This document shows positions 31,915-44,435 of a stretch of 64,000 nt of DNA, in pieces. Source of the DNA: Guillardia theta CCMP2712 (lineage: Eukaryota; Protista; Cryptophyta); the NCBI RefSeq assembly GCF_000315625.1, contig NW_005434584.1, positions 1 to 64,000 of the forward strand, written 5' to 3'. Under the pieces are notes generated by a model. The model was not told where the DNA came from. It made no database searches and saw only the letters and a list, made by a program, of their open reading frames with translations. Made by a program: the position numbers and the translations under genes. How positions within the stretch are numbered: position 1 is the stretch's first letter; every line of letters begins with the position of its first letter.

Positions 31915-32664
31915 ATGGAAGGAGAGGACTGCGGCAGATCTCAGAAACTGAGATGCATAAGACGAGCATTATGCCAGCATGGGAGAGTGCAATCGCAATG
32001 CAAGGCATGCGGAGGAGGGAGCATATGCGAACATGGGCAAGTACGATCACGATGCAAGCAATGCGGAGGAGGGAGCATATGCGTGCACGGGCGTCAACGA
32101 GCATCATGCAAAGATTGTTCAGGAGGGAGTATTTGCAAGCATAGGAAGGTAAGATCACGATGCAAAGAATGCGGGGGAGGGAGCATATGTGAGCACAATC
32201 TCCATAAATCATCGTGCAAAAAGTGTGGGGGAGGGAGCATATGCGAGCATGGGAGAGTTCGATCGCAGTGCAAGGATTGTGGAGGAGGAAGCATCTGCAA
32301 ACATGGTCGGAGAAGGTCACGATGCAAAGGATGTGGGGGAGGGAGCATATGCCAGCATGGGCGGCAGAGATCACGATGTAAAGAATGCGGGGGAGGGAGC
32401 ATATGCGAACATGGACAACGGCGATCTGGATGCAAGTCTTGCAGAGGAGGAAGCATATGCGAGCATGGAAGAGCACGATCACAATGCAAGGAATGTGGCG
32501 GAGGAAGCGTATGCGAGCACGGGCGGCAGCGATCGCAGTGCAAGGAATGTGGTGGGGGGAGTATATGCGAGCATGAACGAAGGCGATCACAATGCAGGGA
32601 ATGTGGGGGAGGGAGCATATGCGAGCACGGGCGTAGACGATTGATATGCAGGGGATGCAAGTGA
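31915..32664 (+). CDS. Second 18-aa Cys/His repeat protein, about 13 units
   Basis: Tandem CxHGRxRSxCKxCGGGSI units from ATG to stop. Confidence 0.75.
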   Translation: MEGEDCGRSQKLRCIRRALCQHGRVQSQCKACGGGSICEHGQVRSRCKQCGGGSICVHGRQRASCKDCSGGSICKHRKVRSRCKECGGGSICEHNLHKSSCKKCGGGSICEHGRVRSQCKDCGGGSICKHGRRRSRCKGCGGGSICQHGRQRSRCKECGGGSICEHGQRRSGCKSCRGGSICEHGRARSQCKECGGGSVCEHGRQRSQCKECGGGSICEHERRRSQCRECGGGSICEHGRRRLICRGCK

Positions 32665-33504
32665 CTTTGGGAGCTTCTTGTTCCTCCCGTATCTTGATAC
32701 AAGAACTCCTTTCTGGTCGACTTCAAGGCAGGAGGAACGAGGGACAGCTATCACTTCCTGGACCCTCAATCGTTTCCTATGTACGCAAAAATAAGGCAGG
32801 CAGCCTCCTTTGATGGCGTGATGCAGCTCTCGATGCGTTCTGTGTGCATTTTGCTTCAGTAAACGTGTTTCACATTTGTTTCTTGCTTACATGCTTCTAC
32901 ATTCATACAAAAATGTCTTGTTTCTTAATCATGTATTCAATGATCCTGAGAATTTTCATGATGATTTGGTGCCAACCAGACTGGAACACAACCTCACGTC
33001 AAATCCGGTTGCTCTTCGAGCTGTCTGAGAATGAGATCCGCTCAAATCCCTGGTTGAAGTCACAGAGTTGGCGGGGTTTACCAAGACTGAAGCCAGTCAA
33101 TATCTGTCAAATCTACATCAATTCTTTCTATTTTGATGATGGCTAGGCTGTAGAATGCTATGCCAGGAGGATTCAGTGACTTCAGAGCTCCTGTGATTGA
33201 TATCCAGCGGCCAAGTTGAGCAAAAGTAGAACAGAGCATTGAAAAATAGCAAGAAAAGAGGGAGGATGGGGAGGGAAGGAAGAACGAGAGGTATCAGAGA
33301 GACGAGCAAGAAGGAGAGTATAAAAGAGCATGAGGGTTGGATCAGGATGCGAGGGATGGAAAGGACATAGTACTCTCTGCACATACAGACAGAGACAGAA
33401 ATTGAAGAGAGCGTCCGAGATGAGTTAAGAGGAAAGTTTTGGGAATCAAATGGCTCGCATAAATCATCGGATCTATCTAAAGTGGATTTTCTTATATTCT
33501 CGTT

Positions 33505-34056
33505 TCATACGATGTGTTGACCTGAGCTCCAGCAGGTGTTGACCTGAGCTCCAGCATAGTCACATCTCGTAGCACTCCCGCAGGCGTACACATGTGAGCT
33601 TGACAAGTATCCGCTGCCTCCCGACACCACCGTCACTGAGCTCCCAGTGAAGTCGAGGATAGCCGGCTCTCCTCCCTCCAGGCTCGGCTCGGCATAGAGT
33701 CGACCAACACAGTCCGAGTACACGTTGGCGTTCGTAGCGTGTGTGGTTGCGTAGGTTGACCGCTGAGCGCGGACAACCGTGAGGGTATTTCCAGTGACAG
33801 CCGAGACCTTCATCACCTCATTGTCAATGCGGATGAAGCTGTTTACCGTGATGTACGAGAAAGCAGAAGTGAGCTGCAAGGAGGATGCAGATGCAGTCAA
33901 ATCAGAGCTGAGCATGGCTGGTGACTGCACTCCGGATGCCGCGACTGACTTGATGGAGTAGCCCAAGATTGGAGAGTAGACCTTGGAAGGAGCCCCCCAC
34001 ACGCTGCCCAGGCTAGAAAACTGCTTAGTCACCTTGTACGATGCCTTGGTTGTCAA
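33505..34056 (-). pseudogene. Isolated paralogous fragment of the giant surface-protein gene (matches about 46170-46692)
   Basis: TTKASYKVT...VNSFIRIDNEVMKV...DCVGRLYAEPSLEGGEP...GGSGYLSS is shared with ORF 45703-47244. Confidence 0.85.
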
Positions 34057-34700
34057 GGTCGAAGATGAATGAATGAATGCAGTACACTTAGCCCTTTTGG
34101 TGAAACTGAAATGGGAGGCAAAGAAGAGGATGAACCCGGTTTCAGAGAAGAAACGGGTGGGCAGGCGGCAGCAGGGAGAGACACAGACTGATATTTCTCA
34201 AGGTTCTCATGTTTGCCCGCTGAATGACAGAGGTGGTGGAAGGGCATGCGGCAGGTGCAACTCATGGCGGATACATTCAACCATTCGCATGAAAGTCACC
34301 ATGGTCGCATGGAGGATCGGTTGCGCGCGCCATAGGGTTGGTTCAGATACATATTACCAAAAATGGCAGGAAAAAAATGGCAGGAAACATGTGTAAATAT
34401 GGTAATACGTATCTTTATGCTTACGATTTCATCATACTAGGCTTTTTGTATACACGTGCGAAATGGCAGACGATGCTGAAGACAGTGGAGTTGTGGTTAT
34501 GACTGAGGGTAAGGACAGACTCTTCTGCCGAGCAGGTTTCTCTCGAAGAGGTTCCTGAAAATCTCGCCAAACATTGATATCAATGTTTTGCAAAGCCAAG
34601 TCATTGTCTAATGCACGCAGAACTCTCCTACAAGCAGAAGCATCTGGCGACATGTACTGGGCAGCGCTAGTAGTGGATTCTTGCGGTCAGCATGCGCCCT

Positions 34701-34769
34701 ATCCGGAGTACTCGTTCTGCTTGATCCGGAATACTCGTTCTGCTTGATCTGCAGTACTCGTTCTGCTTG
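34701..34769. repeat. 23-bp tandem repeat x3
   Basis: atccggagtactcgttctgcttg and variants, just before the start of duplicate B. Confidence 0.85.
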
Positions 34770-34794
34770 AGCGCAGGTGAAGAGAGCGTGCATG

Positions 34795-36771
34795 TGGATA
34801 CCCCAGGATACTCTACCCCAGTGTGAATCTGCTGAAAAGGACCCCTCTGGAGGTCTTTGTTGCAGGAACCGTGTACCCGTGGTGGCTTACAAGCTGAAGA
34901 GGACGGGAGAGTCTTGTGGAGTACAACCCGTTGGAAGCAGCCTGCTGGCATGCGAGGATGGGGTTCTCTACCCTGCGAGAGAGCAAGGTTTCTGCTCGAA
35001 GGGCTGACGGGATGTTCAACATCTAGAGAAGAAAGCTTGTCAACTTCCAAGGAGAAATCACCCCTACTTTCCTCGGCCAAGAGACGGGTATTCCTGTCTC
35101 CGTCCTCGAAGGTATACAAGGATCATTCTCGTCAGAACTAAGTGGTCTTCTTCCCCTTTCGTGTGTGAGCCACGTCTGTTTATGCCACATCAGTGTGTGT
35201 GGGTTTGTTTTGTTTGTTGAGTCAGAATAAAGAGAGATAGATCTCCTTCTGTCTTGCTGAAGGTCAATCCTGTAAAGCTTGGTGCTGTGAACACAAAGCC
35301 TGGGGATAAATGGTGATCCGATTGGGTTGAAACCATCTCTTGAGAGTATCACTGACAGCTGAGGTATCGCCACAGAGTAAGTCCCAGTTGGCATGGTCGT
35401 ACACTGGCATATGTAAATATGTCATCATACTTCCATCGAGGGGAAATTTCTTTGGCGACAAGCAACCATTGCCCAAGGACGAGATGATGTCGAAGATCAC
35501 ATCCTTGATTTCGAGATGATGTCGAAGATCGTCAACGCCGCAGGAGGATACTATTTCAGTCTTGAGCCTGTTGACCCTAAGCAGCATGTGACTCTGTTCA
35601 CGCCGAAGTCTTTGCACCACTAGCTCCTTGGCATGTTGGAATGGCATTTGCCATTGTTGTATCCATGAGGATCCGGAACCTCGGATACTCGTCGGATACT
35701 CTGCCGGATATTCCCTAAATAGGCGGACGCATCTCGTGCGGACGGCCTCCTGAATTTCCCCCACTTGCATGCACAGTGAGTGTGGTGGTTGTGCGTAGTT
35801 TACCTCCTAGTAAACTTAGAGACTTCTATTTCCTGCTTCTCAATCTTCTTCATCCTTACCTTACTCGTGTCGTTGACAATCTCTGTGTTGTGTATACAAC
35901 ATTCTGGAAGCGAAGTGGTTGAGCCATGATGATATTCGGTGCCAGTCGCTTCTTACGCGATATGTGGTCTTTGTGAGGGTTGAGGCTCTTGTTTCACGTT
36001 AGTGTATGCGGGTTCTCGCCGCATTATCTCGTGGAGAGCTAAATGATCGATATCACCGCACAAACCAGATATACAGTAGAAAATCTATTTTGTTTTTCTG
36101 GCTTAAGAAAAGTAAAAAATAATCAAGAAATGCTAATCTACTCTATAGAACTGAACGATCCACCTCGTCAGATGAGAAGTTTGAAGGTAAACAGAGCTTC
36201 TGCAATCCTGTCTAACACCTACCTATCGCTGCTGCGAAACTTTGTAAACATGCCTTTTTCATTCAAAAATTCGATCTGTTCACCGTGCTTCAGGATATGA
36301 TCTGATTTGATCAAATCAGAGTGTACCTTACGCACACTTTCTGTTAAATCGTCCATTCAGGTCTTGTTCCAGATGAATTCGGCTGATCGACTAGTCGAAT
36401 GGAGAAGCATGATACAACGAGCAGGAGATTGCAACAAACTGCGTGATAAAGCAGGAGGGAACCATCTTGATACATCTTTGCACATGTCGGGCAGGATCAT
36501 GGTGCCCTCCTGGGCGACTCATGGGAAGGCCGTCTCGCACCGCACGGGGATCACGTCCTCCTTAGGTTGATGATCTATACGAACATGCCCGATCTCATCA
36601 TGAAATCCACGCACTCCGGGTGGAGCAGGGCCTGCTGATGCTTCCAGTTCTCCTTGCAGACCTGCTTGAAGTCGGGGCAGTGGATGATGCTGTTCATGCT
36701 GTGCCTCAGGGTCTTATCCTTGAAGCACATGTTCGACCTCAGGGTGGCAGGCGGGGATTTCTACAGGGGTG
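34795..36771 (+). repeat. Segmental duplicate B (longer and mostly less deleted than copy A)
   Basis: Matches 14927-16646, with extra blocks at about 35401-35435 and 35655-35925. Confidence 0.92.
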
Positions 36772-37024
36772 GCCCCTCGTGTTATGGTTTTCCATAGTGT
36801 GATTTTCGGCTATCCTGCAAGGTGCTCCCTCCACATCGCTTCCATGCACACGCATGGTGTCGTTGAGGCCAGGCTCGACTCTCCCTTCCCCACACCGGCC
36901 TTTGACCCTCTGTACTCCTTTGTCGTCCTTGAGGAAGAGGTGTGGGACAGCGAGGCTAAACTGCGAGCAAGTGGACGCCGTGAGGGACTGGAACAGGGTG
37001 GCGGTGTTTGTCTTTGTGTTCAAT

Positions 37025-37519
37025 ATGAGCGGCACCATGAGGGTATTCCGCATACACATCCATGGGATCGTGATCGAGAAGAAGCTGCATGAGCTGGACA
37101 GGGAGGATATCGGGCCCGGGATACTCGTGCACGATGTGGAGTTCATCCTGGATGGCTTCTACTTCTACACTGCCAAGCCCGAGCACGTGATCATTTGGGG
37201 CCCGTTCCACAGCTTGGAGGAAGCATTGTTCTACTATGAGGAGCAGCGTGGGTTCACGGTGCACAACATGAGTGTGAAGGTCGTGTTGGATGAGGGGTAC
37301 AGCTCTAGGGCGCTCTTCCGGGACAATTACCATGCCTGCCTGCAGAATGGGGGCGGCATATTCGAGAATACCAGTCACGTCTACCATATCATGGGCAACC
37401 TGCTGCATCACGAGAGGTCGGACTCAGTGTTCTTCAAGGGTTCAGCCACACCAGCGATATCAATGGCCTTCTGGAGGAGATGGCAGAGCCGCTTATCGTC
37501 CAGGCCGGTTTCGGTGTGA
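37025..37519 (+). CDS. Hypothetical protein (~164 aa from MSGTMRVF), no recognised family
   Basis: Open frame with strong third-position GC bias and globular-looking composition. Confidence 0.45.
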   Translation: MSGTMRVFRIHIHGIVIEKKLHELDREDIGPGILVHDVEFILDGFYFYTAKPEHVIIWGPFHSLEEALFYYEEQRGFTVHNMSVKVVLDEGYSSRALFRDNYHACLQNGGGIFENTSHVYHIMGNLLHHERSDSVFFKGSATPAISMAFWRRWQSRLSSRPVSV

Positions 37520-38479
37520 GGATGAACATGTTTGTCGCAAGTTCTTTCACACACAAGACGGAAGAGTCACAATAAATCATGTTTGAGGCTTCGATTGAGT
37601 ATGATAGTACTGACGATGCTGAGTCAAAAGCAAGAAGACAAGTTAGAGGACCCCGAAATGTGCTTGTCTGAAATATCATCTCCAGTCGAGTATCAATTAA
37701 TGATGATGTGCAGTGACGTGCAGTGATTGCAATCCTTCCGGAGAAGTAGCTACAAATGCACACGGTAATACTGATCGTCTTCGATCATGCACTCGACTTT
37801 CTCGATGCACTTTCAGCCTTCATCCAGTGATTTCTAACGAAGTTGGAGAGAGCTCCCTCATTCATTTGACAGCAACTTAGGGCATGTGAAAGGCATTGCG
37901 GCTTTGTTATTTCGGGCTCGTAATTGATCAAATCAAAACAGAGACAACTGATGCAAAGATGAAATAACAACAGAAGACTTTTCGTGCGAAGAATAAACAA
38001 AGAAAGCAGACACCTCATCCTGTTTCTCAGGCGATAGGCTGCATGCCCTTGCCATGGCTGTAGCACCAGGCGTTGATGATCATGTTGTCCTTGGGTGGCA
38101 GGTAGGGATCGCTCTGAGAGGAGACTTGGTGGATGGAGACCTTTTCCTTATCCTTCAGCTCTTTGATGGACTTCCATGTAGAAGTGAATCGCCTTGTCCC
38201 CTGCTGTCTTGAGCTCTTCCCCCTCACCGCTATGCGTGGGTCTCCTTCTCCGATAACCTCATCGTCACTCTCCCACACGTACTGACCCGAACCAAGCCTC
38301 CAGATAGAGCTCACGGTTCATGCAGGACTGCACCATGTCGCATGAGAAAGCGATGAGACCCTTTGCTATAACGGTTGTTGTATGGAATGTAACGTCCAAT
38401 TCCTCTTGCACACGATACATGAGCATGAAAGCGCTGACGGCGGCCGTCGGAAATGGCGTTCGCTTCCTGTGCTTGCTCC

Positions 38480-38711
38480 TTCCTGCTGCTTCAGTAGTCC
38501 TCCCCTCCTGCTGCTTCCTGCTGCTTCAGTAGTCCTCCCCTCCTGCTGCTTCCTGCTGCTTCAGTAGTCCTCCGCTCCTGCTGCTTCCTGCTGCTTCAGT
38601 AGTCCTCCCCTCCTGCTGCTCCCTGCTGCTTCAGTAGTCCTCCGCTCCTGCTGCTTCCTGCTGCTTCAGTAGTCCTCCGCTCCTGCTGCTTCCTGCTGCT
38701 TCAGTAGTCCT
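38480..38711. repeat. 35-bp tandem repeat, about 6.5 units
   Basis: ttcctgctgcttcagtagtcctcc[c/g]ctcctgctgc units without spacers. Confidence 0.95.
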
Positions 38712-39159
38712 GAATAGGACAGAGATAGCTAGTAGAGGGATTGGAGATAGAGTGGAGATGATGAGAAAAGACTCAATTGTATCATCAGAGATCAGGACTG
38801 TCGAGATCCACAGGAGAGGAGCTATTGGAGATGCCCTTGCAGCAGGAGGTATGAAGTCGCGGTTGCACCAGTGACTGACGAGGAAGGACTGTGAGGAGGA
38901 GGAAGCACAGAAGACGGGAAGAAGTAGGCAAAACTAAATGAGGAAGAGTAGGAGAAGGCAGGACAAGCAGCAGCTCCAGAACTTCAACGCTTCTGCTTCT
39001 CCTCCATGTGTCCCCTCCATTCGCTCCTCTTCCTCAACTTTCTTTCTGCCATCCTCCGCTCTCTAGCTCACCTATGCATGCTGCGCACATGCTCGGAGGG
39101 AACCTTGAGCGATGTCCTTCTCCTGGTCTTCCATGTGCCTCCCCTGCCGCGATGTCGTT

Positions 39160-39431
39160 TGTCAGAGCTCATAGGAACCGAGCCCGAGTCAGACAAAGGT
39201 TTACTGGAAAGAAAGGACAGTTGGTCTCGTACTCGTGTGTGAAACTGACTTCTCTTGGATACCCCAGGATACTCTACCCCAGTGTGAATCTGCTGAAAAG
39301 GACCCCTCTGGAGGTCTTTGTTGCAGGAACCGTGCACCCGTGGTGGCGTACAAGCTGAAGAGGACGGGAGAGTCTTGTGGAGTACAACCCGTTGGAAGCA
39401 GCCTGCTGGCATGCGAGGACGGGGTTCTCTA
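39160..39431 (+). repeat. Segmental duplicate C (matches about 14833-15101)
   Basis: tgtcagagctcataggaaccgagcccgagtc...ggggttctcta. Confidence 0.9.
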
Positions 39432-40269
39432 GTACAAAATTACATCATGCTCAACTAGCGGGTGCTGTTGCCGTGGTCGTTGTGGACAATCAAAATACCG
39501 ACGTGTTCACTTCTATTCTGAGGTCACAGAAATTGATTGCAAAAAGAAATTGACTGCTGCTTATAGAGTGGAAGAAGGACCAATCTCCTCTGGAGTGGTG
39601 CCAGATGGAAATCCTCTCGTGCAAGTCAAGCTCCCAGCAGAAATGATTTTGCAAGTGAGCTGGATTCCTGCGTTGATGGCATCTAACTGTTCGTGTTGCT
39701 CATGCAGAAAGATATCTCGCTGCTTCAAGAAGTTGCCACTCACATAATTGCATTCCCACCCGTCCAGCCTGGAACAAATCTAGGCTACAGGGCAGGAATT
39801 GTAGGCTGTCCTCGCTAGGAAAGCAAATTCGGGATTTCTAAAAATGAGGCTAATGCGTTGATGAAAGAATTTTTTAACGCAAGGAAGCACGAGTGCCTGC
39901 AAGACCAATCTGTTAATCAACAATCACCTGTGCAGAATCCACTGCAAGATCCAGAATCCTCGGATAACATATTGGTATTTTTCCTGGTTAAGGAAGTGAG
40001 TGCCAGTTCAGAAATGACCGATTTGAACAGGAGAATCATGAGACGAGTGATTGGAAAGATCAAAGGTATCGCTGGACAACAGAATTGGGAGTGGATAAGA
40101 TATCGAGCATCAGCTGTGCTCGAACCTCTATGCCTCTCAGGTGGGAGAACAAATCACCACGTTCCTTCAGACAAGCAAGTATGATCCTATCAAACCAACG
40201 GCGAAACTCGAGAATCCGGTTAATCATTCCTATATGAATTTTGGAAATGTGACAATGTTCGGTACCTAC

Positions 40270-40690
40270 AGGCAAGTGTATGAGGGCTCGTTTGTATGCG
40301 GTCTGAACATATCTGGAAGGCTTGTATGGGCTAGACCGTAGTTTGCAGACATGCCTCTATGGAATGCAGATCAGGTAAACGAAGAATCATTTCTGTGCAG
40401 TCCATGATTTTCTCAAAGGTAGCTGGAAAGATTGTTGCGGTGAAGACAGGTCCTAAACCTTTTGATCCGCCTTGTAATTACAGCAGAAAACTTCACTTCT
40501 GTTAAAAAGCGGGAGCGATTGGCCTTATTGTCTTGGATTGGGATCCTTCAAGCAAGTTCACGATGATTCCTAAACTTGAAACAGGATCTCAGAATGATGA
40601 CGGCTGCATTCCTTTGCAGATCGAGATCCCCTGCTGTATGGTGCTAAATCAAGCTGAACCATTGTTGCAAGAAGGAACTAAACAGGCTGA
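40270..40690 (+). pseudogene. PA (protease-associated) domain pseudogene with a 44-nt intron (40375-40418); full gene extent unclear
   Basis: Splicing gt..ag gives SGRLVWARP*FADMPLWNADQ|VAGKIVAVKTG..CNYSRKLHFC*KAGAIGLIVLD..IEIPCCMV; two in-frame stops. Confidence 0.7.
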
Positions 40691-41935
40691 AGAGTGGATG
40701 AACGAATTTCTAATACCCAGGAAAGAGGAAAGGTCTTCTGAGATGAGGATGATTGAGAAGAAAACAAAGAATCAGAACAATTTCGAGAAGAATTAGGAGG
40801 AAAGGAGTGGATTGACGGAAATGTGTTTTCAAGCTTGATTCCTGTCACAGAAGATGAAATGGATGGTACTCATTCAACGAGATACGAAATCACTAAAGAG
40901 ATCATGTCAAAAATCACTTATTCACAAAAAGCTGCACAAATATTTCCGACACTGATGAATATCTAAAGCGAATCGAGGCACAGTTCGGAGGCTCCTACTC
41001 AAAATTGAATTCAAAAATTGTTCATGAGGTTCAGACTGATGCATGGATCGAAATGTTAAGCATTGACTTTGAAACCAGGACACAGGAAACTCTCCAAAAG
41101 CGGACGATGGAATCTCGCCAATCACCAGCCGGATTTGAGATAGAGCAGCCAATTTCTCCTCAAGAAAACTCTTGCAAGCGCGATGTCAGTGTACAGTGTG
41201 AAGCACAACAGAACAATTTCTGGGATAGTATCTTGTTTCAAAGCATATGGTAAGATTCGACATTGCTTTCAATATTCGCCGTAATGTTACGTGCAGGTCA
41301 CCTGCAAAACGAGGATAATGCCAAGTCCCGTACGTTGAGGAAAAGAATAAATTTCTTGAAATTCCATACTGACCAAACTAAAGTAAATATATCTCAAAGC
41401 ACAAGCAAAAACATTGAAAAGCATTGGAAGGGACTGGGGAAGGTTTTTGGGGAGGGTGTAGATTCCTTCAGGAGCACGGCACCTCCACGTCTATGAGTAA
41501 ATCTCATAACTTGTTGACGACAAGGAAGAGGTCCAGTAGTCGAATTGATTTTTCATTTTAGGTCCTTCGAAGGTCGCCTTTGTCACACCTGAAGCCCAGC
41601 TGCATGGTCATCGCCAGCACAGTGAAAAGATCTCCTGCTGCCGAACTCACTGCATGTAGCGAAAGGTCGGTTCCACCATCATTTCCATCTGTCATCGTGA
41701 CAATTCGTGACAGATTCAACAGCTGATAGATGTTCGAATGACATTCGAAGAGAAACGAAAGAAGCCCGTTTGCTGAGAAGTAACGAAGACAAAGAATTGA
41801 CTCATGGAGACATGGAGACCTACAAGCAGCTCATCAACACATTCACGCAGACACTCACCGCGAGGTTCATCGAGCGAGACAACGAGCTAGCAAGGAACAA
41901 CCGGCCCTGCAAGAAGCCCACCGACCTCATCCGAT

Positions 41936-42032
41936 CCATCAACAGCATCGTTGACAGCATCAAGTTACAGAGAAAAGTCTAAGATACATCAACAGCATCG
42001 TTGACAGCATCAAGTTACAGAGAAAGGTCTAA
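41936..42032. repeat. ~50-bp tandem duplication
   Basis: catcaacagcatcgttgacagcatcaagttacagagaaa[a/g]gtctaag occurs twice. Confidence 0.9.
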
Positions 42033-44111
42033 GTCCTCACACACACAGCCTGGAACGCCCTCTCTGCCGAGAGCGAGGCAGGTTGCATCATGCAGTCCAA
42101 CCTTAATCTCAGGGATGGCGCATACCCCGGGATCAGGAAGCTCAACGCCAATGACAACCGGACCATCGGGTACGTGCTGATCCTCAAGAGCATCATCCGG
42201 AGGAAGAAGACGAGATCCTCTCCCTGCTACGCAAGGTGGTGCGGCATCCCGAGAGGACGACGATGAGGACGGGACGAAAGGAATGCAAGGCCCACCAGGC
42301 ACTCTGTCCTGTCACGCCCTGGCAACCAAGGCCCTAAACCATAAACCTTAAGGCCGTCACCAACATTGAGCAGATGCAGAGGATTCAGAGGCACCACAAG
42401 CAGCAAATGTACAGGGCTGTATCCATCAACGGCCAGAATATGGCCCTGATATTCATGAGATTTATGCAGAGAGCGTATGAATTGTTCAGAAATCTTCAAC
42501 CATGAACAAACAGAGTGGGAAGACAGGTTTGTGGTAGATGCAGCAGTGAAAGGGAATAGGAAGGCGATTGTTTGCCAGATGATATGCTTCGTCCATTGCA
42601 AGGAGGTGCTACATCATCAGAGATTCACATTCAGACCGAGATTTATTCACCCCGCGGTCAGGAATTCCTCAAACAGCTCCACCTACCTCCAGGCTGACAC
42701 GCTGACAACTACATCTCTTACCGCCAGCTCTTCTATCCTTGGGGTTGATGTGACACCAACGCCAACACCAACCAGAGCCAAAAAACAGTGTCTGGAACGA
42801 CAACCCTGACATCTGCAACTCCATTGCAGGCAGCGAGCGCGAGTAACGTCGGGGTAGTTGTGGGTTTTGCGGTAGCAAACGTGACGAGAGCAGCATCTCT
42901 TGTTTGCCACATAAATGTATGGTGAGATCTTAAAAGCATTCCAGTTCCCTACTGAGGGACATTGTCCGTTCGTGAGTTGATGTAGAGGAGATGAAACTCT
43001 CGAGATAAAGGAATCGTTCCCAGAAAATAGCAATTTGAACAGCACAGTTAAAGGGAAGAAACACAGCTACAGCTTTCAGACATTTGACGGTATCTGAATA
43101 CGAACGTCAACCCCGAATCACTCGAAATGATCTCTGGGCATTTGACATCTTCCTGCGATGATTGAGTCACTTCAAGTATGGTTCAAATCCTGTGTAGTAG
43201 AACGTTTTCACTCTCACCAACGGCAGAGAGATCTGTAGGGATTTCTGACTTCAGCGTGCTGCACGTGATCTCCTAGTTGGACGAGAGGCTTCATTGACTC
43301 GCTGACTCGGCTAGGTAGTAGTATCAGATGATCTACCGCTAAAACGACAGATTACCTCGAGCCTCCAAATCTCTGTCCAGATTGCTTCCACGATGCCTTG
43401 TTTCCAATGGCTCATACTCTGATAGAGGGCCTCTTGTCTCTTTTCTTGTCTCTGGTAAAGCAATCGAGCATCACGCATAGACATGGTCACCTGTAGATCG
43501 TCCGGAACAGTCTCAGTTCAAGCTCCTTTGCAGTGTGCTTCCTGATGGGGTCGTCGGGGTAGATCCCGTCCCCCTCCAGGTTTTCCTTCGGCAGCTTAAA
43601 CTCTCCCCCGTAAAAGGTTGAGAGGACAGAGGACGAGCCATTGCCGGCACAGCTACTGCCTCATCTGGACAGCTCCTCTTCCGGCAGGTCTGAAAGGAGG
43701 AGGAAGAGGAGGAAGAGGAGGAGGTAGCCAGGGCGATTGTTGTGAGGTTGCACTGGAGCGGCTCTGGTCAAGGTGATACATCTCGCCCTTCTCCGTCACC
43801 GCATGCCCCGCGACCACCACTACCACGACAGGAAAGTCACTGGCCGTCAAGTGCGAAGTACTTGAGGACGCTTTTAACGTTGCTGCTGATCTGGAGGAAA
43901 ACCGTTCCCCAACCATTCCTTGGCTACTGCAGCAAACGCCGCCATGCGCTCCTCATGCCCAGGCGTGTGAGGGTCGGAGAAGAGGAGGGTCTCACAGGCA
44001 ACTGCAGCACTCTCCTATGGCGGGTCCCTCCTCTTCACCACTCGATCCTCTGCGGTCCTAGCGCTTAACCCGAACGGCATGCTTCTGTTGGGATACGAGG
44101 TGGCATCCTCC

Positions 44112-44435
44112 TCAGCATCGCTGTTGCTGTACACCACATGGACCGCGTCCCGAGTCCCGACGAGCAAGGAATAAGACCCACTCCACCATCGAGCTGGTGC
44201 GCTTGCCGCTCTTGTAGTTTTGTATCCTCCCATACGCGTACCAGTAGAGCGAGGGAAAGCCCATCACTTGCATTGACTGTGAAAGTCTCGGTTCGTCGAT
44301 CGCATCCATCTTAGCCAGCATCACGTTGACTTTCTCTAAGCGCAGGAGGGAGGCAATCTTGTGGTAGATGGGCTCAAACTTCTGGCATTGCCCGCACTAT
44401 TGAGCATAAAACTCCACCAGCATGTGCCGTGCCCT
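44112..44435 (-). pseudogene. Thioredoxin/PDI-family domain with a stop at the conserved Trp
   Basis: HMLVEFYAQ*CGQCQKFEPIY..VMLAKMDAIDEPRLSQSMQVMGFPSLYWY; TAG at 44397-44399 replaces the W of WCxxC. Confidence 0.8.

Noticed and set aside
38480-38711. 35-bp repeats as a CRISPR array
   Set aside because: Head-to-tail minisatellite without spacers.
44397-44399. TAG next to CxxC as recoding (selenocysteine or alternative genetic code)
   Set aside because: It is TAG rather than TGA, it replaces Trp rather than Cys, and TAG terminates other genes here; a simple nonsense mutation is more likely.
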